Shown one piece after another: positions 11,786 to 20,514 of a stretch of DNA of 32,000 nt. Origin of the DNA: Wallemia ichthyophaga EXF-994 (Eukaryota; Fungi; Basidiomycota); the NCBI RefSeq assembly GCF_000400465.1, contig NW_008806287.1, positions 300,824-332,823 on the forward strand, written 5' to 3'. A program made the position numbers and the translations under genes. The stretch's first letter is position 1. Every line of letters begins with the position of its first letter. Below the pieces are notes generated by a model. The model was given only the letters and a program-made list of their open reading frames with translations, had not been told where the DNA came from and did not search any database.

Positions 11786-13156
11786 TCACTTGGGATCCTC
11801 CACCCCCTTATACTCAAACACAGTCCTTCTCAACCTCTTGAAAGCTTCCTCGGCATCTTCTATCGACGCCATCGAGTAGCTCAGCCGTGTGTATGGGGTG
11901 ACACGCGGAGTTGGGTAGAAGACCACACCTGGGAGGGCAATTACACCGTTGTTGATTGCCCTCTCTTTGATCACTTCGTTGCTGTCGTCGCAATCCAGTT
12001 TAAGCCACAGGAACATTCCGGCAGTTGGGGTCACCCAGCTAGCGATATCGCTCATATGTTTAGCAGCTGCGCCCTCGAAAGCGTCGCGCTTGACTCTATA
12101 GAAGTCTGCAACTCGCGCCACATGGTTGAGCAGTCCGTCTATTCCCCAGTGCGCAAATAATGCCTGTACTATAGCCTGTGATGTGGAATTTGGTTGAAGA
12201 TTTGCAGCTGAAGTGTGCAGATCCATCGCTTTAATTATCTCCTGTGGTCCTGTTGCCCAGCCAATTCTGATCCCCGATGAAAGAACCTTGCTCATCGAAT
12301 CGAGTCGCAGAACTCTGCCGCGCTCCCCGCCGAGTTGCTTCTCCAGTGCAAAGTAAGAAGGCACCCTCTCACCGTCGAAAGTGAGGAAATAGTATGGATC
12401 GTCTTCAAGAATAAGGAAATCGTGTTTGCGTGCTAGGTTGAGTATATCTACTTTCCTTTGTTTACCGGCAGAAGCACCAGATGGGTTGTTACCAGTGGGG
12501 ACAGTGTAGACGAGTTTTGGGCGTGGTTTGTCTTGTGGCCAGTTGTCCATGACTTGCGCTAGTTTCTCAGCGGACATGCCCTGCTCATCGCACTCAATCT
12601 CAACAAACTGAGCACCAGCGATGGTCATTTCTGGGATGGCGCCCGTGTATACAGGTGACTCAATAAGAACGTAGTCACCTTGCTCAATTAGTGCAGCACA
12701 TGCCTTTGTGAAAGCGTCTTGGGAACCGTTTGTGATTGTGATTGCGAAATCATCCTCACCTGCCTCACAACGACGGCCGTGAACGTGGTTTTGGAGGTCA
12801 GAAACGAATTTGTGAAGTCTTGGTAGACCACATGTAGCAGTGTACTGTAATGCCTCCGCGAGATCTGGACCTGCATTGATTTCAAGTTTCGGGTGGGGAG
12901 CTCCCGGGGAAACAGGCTTAAGGGAGACTGTGATGTTTTCAAAGGGGAATGTTTCTGGGCTGAATAGGTAAGAATATTGCGTATAAACCACGCATTCAAC
13001 TCACTTTGGTTTACCAGCCAGCAAAGAAATCATACCAGGCTTATTCTCAAGCGGGAAAAGGGCTCTGATAGCTGATGGGTGTCTTGATTTAGCTTGGGCA
13101 GTGAGCCAATTATCGTAATGCGTTGAATCCAGCTGAGAAGAAGGTTGACAAGTCAT
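11786..13156 (-). CDS. ARO8: PLP-dependent class I aminotransferase (Aro8 / 2-aminoadipate transaminase type); one intron (~12960-13005)
   Basis: MISLLAGKP|NPETFPF, LQYTAT.G, TVPTGNNPSG, EDDPY, and DSMSKVLSSGIRIGW (PLP Lys). Confidence 0.85.
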
Positions 13157-13228
13157 TTCTCGTCGTCGATAAGGCTCTATAAGATTGGGATAGCTTGTAA
13201 GTGTAAATTTAAAAATGAAAAATGCATC

Positions 13229-13261
13229 AAATATCAATCAAATATCAATTAAATATCAATC
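13229..13261. repeat. Three tandem copies of an 11-nt unit (C/T)AAATATCAAT
   Basis: caaatatcaat caaatatcaat taaatatcaat, between the p23 stop and the ARO8 start. Confidence 0.7.
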
Positions 13262-13875
13262 AAGGCTTCTTTTCTTCATCTTCTTCTTCGTCTGGCTGCT
13301 CACCACCGCCGCCTTGTGCTTGGCCAAGTTGTTGCATCATCTGACACAAAATTAGCTCTATTTAATCAAAATCGCCAACACCACTCACAGCTTGGAGATC
13401 CATTTGACCACCACCTTCACCACCAGGCATATCCATACCTTCCATAGGGTTTGGCTCTTGTACACTGTCTTCCTGCTCGTCCTCATCGACGTAGAGTGAC
13501 CAATCAACGATAACAAAAGGAAGCTTGACTTTCTCCTTCTGCAAGCGTGGCCAGTACTCAGCTCTTGGTGTGGATTTGAGCAGCGTGAGTGTAATACCCT
13601 TACCAGTCCTGTTTACTCTGATTGGCTTGTCGAGTACGCTATCAAACAAGTTTATCTCAAATCCATATTCCTTGCCGTTTGATGTTGCTTGAAAGCTTAT
13701 CTTCTCCGGAGTCAAATCGAGCTTTGGTGTGCCTTCAATGTCACTCAAGTTAATAGTGACGAAGAGTAGATTCCTGTGCAAATTGTTAAGCGTGTAAAAC
13801 ACACAATCCTTTCACTAACTTCTCTGCTTCAGTTTCTGAGCTTCTTTGCGCCCACTTTACTTCTGGATGTTGCAT
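13260..13875 (-). CDS. SBA1: Hsp90 co-chaperone p23 (CS domain), two introns
   Basis: MQHPEVKWAQRSSETEAEK|NLLFVTINL..., AEYWPRLQKEK, VDWSLYVDEDE, and an acidic Gly/Met-rich tail ending EEKKP*. Confidence 0.88.
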
Positions 13876-14223
13876 AATGATCGTACAAGTTGAAGAAACT
13901 TGAAGAAGCTTTTTGATCGTTTGGCGTATATCCTCGTAAATACTTCGCTTTATATCATTTATTGTGCAATACATATCACTCTCCAACCACCCGCTCCTCT
14001 TCCTCTATCACTCCGTCTGTTTTGCTAACCACTTGCGTCATCCGCCGTGGCCCAATGCCTTCATTTTCTCGTAATGCTAAATGTATAAACTTTTAAAAGC
14101 CTTATAGGGATTACGCTTTGCCTTAATTACTCCATGATAAAATAAAGGCAAAAAGTCTTAATCAGATTTTGCTATTGAAGAATTGCGCTTTAGGTGAACA
14201 GTATTAACTGTTACAATTAGAAT

Positions 14224-14230
14224 TATATAT
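14224..14230 (+). promoter_or_regulatory. TATA-like element upstream of the permuted tRNA
   Basis: TATATAT about 20-25 nt upstream of the inferred leader (~14250). Function is inferred. Confidence 0.45.
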
Positions 14231-14262
14231 CAGTTCGAAATAATTCAATGGGAGTAGCTGAT

Positions 14263-14338
14263 ATCGAAAGGTTGCAGGTTCGAGCCCTGCGTCGGTCACC
14301 ACGGCCGGCTGGCTCAATGGTAGAGTATTCGACTACGG
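14263..14338 (+). tRNA. Circularly permuted tRNA-Arg(ACG): 3' half (nt 38-73, 14263-14298), CCAC linker, 5' half (nt 1-37, 14303-14338)
   Basis: Acceptor GGCCGGC/GTCGGTC (5 Watson-Crick + 2 G-U pairs), D-arm GCTC-AATGGTA-GAGT, anticodon stem TTCGA/TCGAA, loop CT-ACG-G|A, variable loop AGGTT, T-arm GCAGG-TTCGAGC-CCTGC, discriminator A. No matching outer halves are visible nearby. T-runs begin at 14346. Confidence 0.88.
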
Positions 14339-14780
14339 CTAAAACTTTTGTTTTTACTGTCCATTTTACAGCTCTACCGGAATTATCTTTACAGACGCGT
14401 TATTATGGGCTAATATTTATATATTTTTGAGTTGCGCGTCTTCAACTAAACGCTTCTTTTCTTTTCGTTGATTTCATGTATAAATAAGCTCTTACGCGTG
14501 CGCAAGTGTAAGCTAGACGCGCAAAAAGTTAAACAGATAGCAACAAAGACTTAGTGCTAAAACGTGGATCTATTTTTATATGCATGTTCCTGCTTTGAAT
14601 TGGTGACATGCACAATTTATGTCGTAGGAGCAGCGAACAATGCGCAATGCGCAACGCGTTAGTGTAGAATAATTAACAAAAAACCTTGATACACTATTTT
14701 AAAAAGAGATAAATTTTGACTTTGTTTTCATGAACTGATTTCACCACTGTCTTCTTGAATAACATCAACGATAAACCAAA

Positions 14781-16227
14781 ATGAGTCGCCCAGAAAACGT
14801 TGGAATTAAGGGAATAGAGATTTATTTCCCAAAGAGAGTTAGTTGAGGTGGTTCTGGTACTTCTCTCAGCTCACACACCGCACAGTGCATCTCAGAAACT
14901 GATTTAGAGCAATTTGACGGCGTTTCTGCTGGAAAGTACACTATCGGATTCGGACAGCAATACATGGCTTGCTGCGATGACAGAGAAGATATCAACTCTT
15001 TCGCCTTGTCCGCCGTCGATGGCCTTCTCAAGAAGTACAACGTCGATCCAAAATCTATTGGCAGATTGGAAGTTGGCACTGAAACTGTCATCGATAAATC
15101 CAAATCTACAAAGACTGTCTTAATGGACTTGTTCAAGGATTCTGGCAACACTGACATTGAGGGTCAGTCAAACGTTTGCTTTCTTTACCATTTCTCATTT
15201 ACCTACAGGTGTTGACACTAAGAATGCTTGTTACGGCGGTACCTCAGCCCTCTTTAACGCTGTCAATTGGGTTGAATCTTCTAGCTGGGACGGCAGAGAC
15301 GCTATCGTCGTAGCCGGTGACATTGCCATTTACGCTGAAGGTTCTGCTAGACCTGTCGGTGGTGCAGGCTGCGTTGCCATGCTCATTGGTCCAAACGCAC
15401 CAATCGTTCTTGAGCCTACTCACGGTACATACATGACAAACGCATGGGACTTCTACAAGCCAGACCTCAACTCTGAATACCCAGAAGTAGATGGCCCACT
15501 CACTATTGACTGCTACTTTGGATCTCTCGACAACTCGTACGACTCGTACCGCGAGAAATACTCCAAGCGCACCCAAACCAACAAGCAAGACGTTAAGGGT
15601 GACAACTTTGACTTCATGGTCTTCCACTCTCCATACGGCAAACTTGTCCAAAAGGGTCATGCCAGACTCACCTACAACGACTTTGTATCCAACCCCTCCC
15701 TGCCAAAGTTTGAGGGTATCGATCAAGCTATCGCTTCAGTACCAAAAGCAAAGACGTACTTTGACAAGGCAATCGAAAAGACATTCATGACTGCCGCTAA
15801 GGATGCCTACAGCAAGCAAGTTGAGCCTTCTTCAACTACCTGCAAGCGTCTCGGTAACATGTACACTGGTTCTCTCTACGGTGGTCTCGCATCTCTCCTC
15901 TCCAACGTCAACTCGGATGACTTGCAAGGAAAGAGAGCGGGTATGTACTCTTACGGATCTGGATGTGCTGCATCCTTCTTTGCTGTCAAATTCGTCGGAT
16001 CTACAAAGCAAATTGCTGATGCGGTCGATTTACACAAGCGTCTCGACTCGATGAAGGTTGTTCCTGTGACTGAATACGTTTCTTCCCTCAAAACTCGTGA
16101 GGAGAATCACAACGCAAAGTCTTATGCTCCTAAAGGTCAAATTGAAAACATATGGGGTGGTGCTTACTACCTCGACAACATTGACGAAAAATTCCGTCGT
16201 CACTACAAACAAGCTCCACTCGCATAG
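14781..16227 (+). CDS. ERG13: HMG-CoA synthase; introns 14838-14885 and 15163-15208
   Basis: MSRPENVGIKGIEIYFPKR, GKYTIG, RLEVGTET, NACYGGT (catalytic Cys), FHSPYGKLVQK, GNMYTGS. Confidence 0.96.
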
Positions 16228-16431
16228 ATTGAGTGATCGTGTTTTGTTGAACCGCTGCAATGCCACACCCAATTGATAGAAAAACCTTTGTTTAGATAAC
16301 ATTTGTATTAGCAGTATATTCCATTTCTTAGGATTAAAAGGTTGTGTTTGGTTTTTTTGGTTGCTCATACACGCTACCTCACCTACAAAAATCACAATAC
16401 GATCATGCAATACAACATAAATAAGACACTC

Positions 16432-18666
16432 TCACATACTTTCAAACAACAAATTAGCCGCCATTTCCGTATTTTTCTCACAAGCAAGATAGCATTGCTT
16501 GGCTTGTTCAAAGTCAAATCCACCAAATGAACAGAGCTGTGTGATGTTAGTTTTACTCCATTTACTCGCTAACCTTCACTCACATTCTCAATTGCCTCTC
16601 TGTCTGAAGGTGAGACGTCGACTTCTCTTTGTTCTTGCTCTCTTTGCTCTCTTTCCTGTCTAGCCGTCTGTTCAGAAGCTGCAAGAACGTCATGAGGAAT
16701 ATCTTCAGCCTCATTTAAACTTTGTGCATTCGCAGCTGTAACGTGTTAAATGGGAATCAACCATATAACTTAACTCCCACCTTGTGTACTAGCCTGCTCA
16801 CGAGCAATGGCCATAAGATTCAGCCAGCTGCTGCTCTTCAACAATTTCTCCAAATCTCTTTCATCCCTATTGATACCAACCTTCAATGCCAATCTAGATT
16901 CATCCGCACTGAACATTCCAGATGGCTCCAAGAAAGCAATCAGATGCCAATCATTGAGTATATCACAAAGCGCCTCCTTCTTTTCATTAGTGACACTTTC
17001 AAGGTCAACATCATCCGAATTATGGAAACCCAATCCAGTACTCTCAGAAACAACTGGCAAGAAAGTCGAGATAAGCTTGCTGACAGACTGATCCTGGAAA
17101 CCTTGTCTGTTTTCTATTGGAAATACGCTGCTCTTAAACACCGGGTTGGACTGGTTAGGGAAACCGTGTGTGAGATTAACAAGCAGATATTCCACAGGGA
17201 AGCACGGTTTAGCGTTCTTTTTAACATCTATTCCGTACTCATTTTTGTAGCGGTAAAACACATCGGGAATGTACTTTCCCGGTTTAGACTCTTTCATACG
17301 CAGCGTTGATGGCTCGACGGATGGTTCGACGATATCTGCATCGATGAGTGCCATTCCTTGATCAGAGATTTGGAATGCAGATATATCAATACCGCCATTC
17401 TGCGTGCCACTGAGCACGCAAGTGATAAATCTTGAGTTGAATCTACCACTCTTGGATTGTGTTGTTTGTAACTTGTGTTGATTCTGTAAGTGTCCCGCGA
17501 AACACAACTCCAATGAAGATAAAAAGAAACTGTCTTTGTGGCGCTTGAATAGTGGTGACTGAGTGCCCGGTGGTTGGGAGAGATCGGAGTATATCATACC
17601 GAGTACCTCTAATCCAGCATTCTGCGCCAATTCAACGACCCTCTCTTGATCTTCCCATGGTAAGCCGAGAGTCATACCGTCGACTTCACCTTCTTGTGGG
17701 ATCTCATGCACCGCTTCGACGACGGCCTTAATACCCATAGGCACAGCTTCATATGGTGCATATCTACCGAGCAGAATACCAAATCTCTGCAAACCAGAAG
17801 CGCGCCAGAAGTTCAGCAATCCTTCAACCAAACCAGGAGAGGAAAATTCGACATGATCGAGCATTCTGTATTCCTGGACTTGGAGAGTGATAGCGTTAGG
17901 AACCCACTGCTTAAATTTAAAGTCCAATTCTTCTAAAGGTGGTAGCTGCGCGACAGAGGAGGTTGGTGGATTACTATCTTTGAGTTTACGAAGGTATGCG
18001 TGAAATGATAAGTGCTTTATGTTCTGCTGAGCTTGGTATTCTTTGTCGTAAGGCTGAGGAAAAGTGAGAGTGATAAATGGAATACAATCAACGCACCTCG
18101 ATTGGAAGTGTGTTTAGATTACCTTCCCTCGAAGAAGACGACGTCTGGCGAGGTATCTTACCAGACTGCCTAAACCAATGCGCGTCGATTGGATGGTCTT
18201 TTACGAGTTGCCACGGTCTAGCGGGAAGGCTAGAAGTAGTACCAGAAGCAGTGCTAGAGGATTGCGCTGGCTCTGGCACTTTTGCAGAGGAGGCGAAAAG
18301 AAGATCACCGTGCCTAGGAAGAGTGCTAATCAGCTAAATTCCTTGTAAATCCTATCAATCCACGCACTTTATACCCAAATCGGATAACTTCCTCTTTGAG
18401 AGTGACGACAGCTGAGTCTCACCACCCCTAGGCTCATTTGAGAGCGATAGCGTGTGCTTATCGAGTGTAGGTGCACTCTCTATAATCTACACTTTCCGTC
18501 AACGCGAATCCACGCCACCTGCGCTGCTACCCACTCTATCTCCCAGCAATTCGATCGAATCATCTCCACTCAAATCGAATCTGAATGTTCCTTCAGCTGA
18601 GCGTATTCTGACAATCTAAATGACGCCATTAGCGTGTCTATGTGTACTAGCACTCCCACCAACCAT
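16432..18666 (-). CDS. NPL4: Npl4 (Cdc48/p97 cofactor): UBL domain, degenerate zf-Npl4 region, MPN-like domain and C-terminal UBA domain
   Basis: M|IVRIRSAEGTFRF (UBL); KHLSFHAYLRK, AITLQVQEYRMLDHVEF, GLQRFGILLGRY, FPVEYLLVNLTHGFP. Spliced C-terminus EAIEN|LCSFGGFDFEQAKQCYLACEKNTEMAANLLFESM*. Confidence 0.9.
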
Positions 18667-18722
18667 TTCAACGTCAATGTAAACCCTAAAGAGATACAAC
18701 ATTCATATATTTCTTAAAATTA

Positions 18723-20305
18723 TCACATTATCATACAGTTGACATCTTCTATCCCATTCTCCTCCATGTGCTCCTTCTGGGCTTCTTTGTCGTTCGCTTT
18801 CGCTTTCGCGCGGACTTCCTTTGGAAAATACAGCTCCATGAAACCAACGAGGGCTTGATCGAGATTATCTGAATGACTGTCTGAGTAAGTGCTTATCTGA
18901 CGATCGCCGACTCACTTCTATTCGCTGACATCACTACAGGTGCCCTACACAATGGGCAATCTGACTGGCCGCGCTTTTGCATCTTGACGAGGCATCTAAC
19001 GCAGAATATATGAGTGCAGCTACATAATTTGTTAGCTTGTTTCAAACATGAATACACCTAACTCACTTTAACCTAATTGGCTTTGTTTGTTTTGTTAGCA
19101 GCACCCTACCACAACCAATGCACCCACCTTAAACGCAATCTCTTGGCATATTAAACAATTGTAATCGTCTATAGACGGGATTATTGGTATCAATGTCTCC
19201 GTCAGCCTCGCAAGAAGTACTCTAGGCAAGCTGATAGTGTAGAATGTCCAACCGAAGTTAGAGTTCTTGGAACTAGTTGCAGACTGCAACGCGCTCCCTT
19301 CGACACCAGCGAAAGAGTAGAAAGAATCCGTAGGCAGTGCTGTCATTTTCATGTGTTTCTTGAGTATTTTCCGCGCTGCTTCAAGATTCGCAGTATAGAA
19401 CTTTTTAATCTCGAGCAAAGCCATATTCAGTTCCAAGAACTGATCAAGAGCCTGCCGTGATCGCTTTGACTTCATAGTCCGACTATCACCTAGTCCACGC
19501 TTGACGACCTCAGCAGCGAATGCATTCAGACGTATCTCCGCACTCTCTACATCCCTTTCACCCCGACTAGACTCAGTTATACCTTCATATATTGCAGATT
19601 CCACCCAGAGCGTGAAAATCTCCCGCCACGCGTATAAATCATTCGTCTTCTTCTTGTGCAAACCGAATGTCGAATGATTTACCGCACTCGGTCCTGTTAC
19701 ACCTGTTATGGCATTACATAGCGTCTCTACCTGCGTGGCGAACTTCTTCTTTTCAACCATTTGCAGCGCCTCGAGCTTATCGAATGCAGCTGTGAGTGCG
19801 CCCAAGAACTTTGCATCCGCGTTGAGGGGTATGTGAATTTCTTTGTTGGATGGATCTGTGCCATCTGTGAATATTTCTTCCATATTGTCCTGATGCTGCT
19901 TATCAAGGTCCTTGTTTGAGGTACTTGACGTACTCGCGGTGACGGCATCTAAACCGGAAGAGCCCTTCTGAAGGTTGTAGAGACTCAACCACTCCTCCCT
20001 GCTATCATTATCATTGAACTGTACAATAAGTCGAGGCTGTGGCTGATTCAATGGCCCGTCAAGGACATATTCGATGTGGGTATCTTCCGTTTTCCTCAAA
20101 AGCAAATCGAGCAACTTCGATTTATTCAATCCGATCATGTTAAGCTCCTCGACGACATCCGTTAGAAGCTTTTTAAGGTGCTTATACTCGATGCTGTTCT
20201 CCTGCCACTCTGTGGGGAAAGTTAGTGCGATGTGGCACGTGAAGTATAACACACACCCTCTGGGAATTCTTCATTTAGCTGCTCAAATTGTTTCCCGTAT
20301 TTCAT
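18723..20305 (-). CDS. SPX-domain / C3HC4 RING E3 ubiquitin ligase (Pqr1/NLA-like), ending in CMIM
   Basis: MKYGKQFEQ...FPE|EWQENSIEYKHLKK and NMALLEIKKFYTANLEAARKILKKH (SPX). RING CLIC...AFK|PIRLN|CTHIFCVRC...CPLC, which uses a 14-nt micro-exon at 19067-19080. Confidence 0.87.
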
Positions 20306-20514
20306 TGCTTGGATGCATACGATTCGCGTTTCACGTTGATATTTTTTGATAGCACTTAAGCAACCCCAGTTACACTAGCTTTACTCAGTTTGGTATGTGG
20401 TACAAGGGCTTGAAATGCTCGAGGAAATTATTCCATTCAGCGCACGTTGCTTAGGTTTGTCTTGGAAATTTTATACTTGAATTTTTTTGTAAAAATAGCG
20501 CGTAAATGCATATT

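Noticed and set aside
14200-14210. 11-nt identity (TTAGGTGAACA) with the last bases of the window, 31990-32000
   Set aside because: Too short and found post hoc, and it cannot be extended within the window. Worth a glance only if flanking sequence becomes available.
14232-14242. GTTCGAAA, a B-box-like word upstream of the permuted tRNA
   Set aside because: It lacks the T-stem and terminal CC, and has no upstream A box or tRNA 5' half, so it does not indicate a second tRNA copy.
14248-14430. 60-aa ORF over the permuted tRNA
   Set aside because: No protein features; the sequence is fully explained by tRNA structure.
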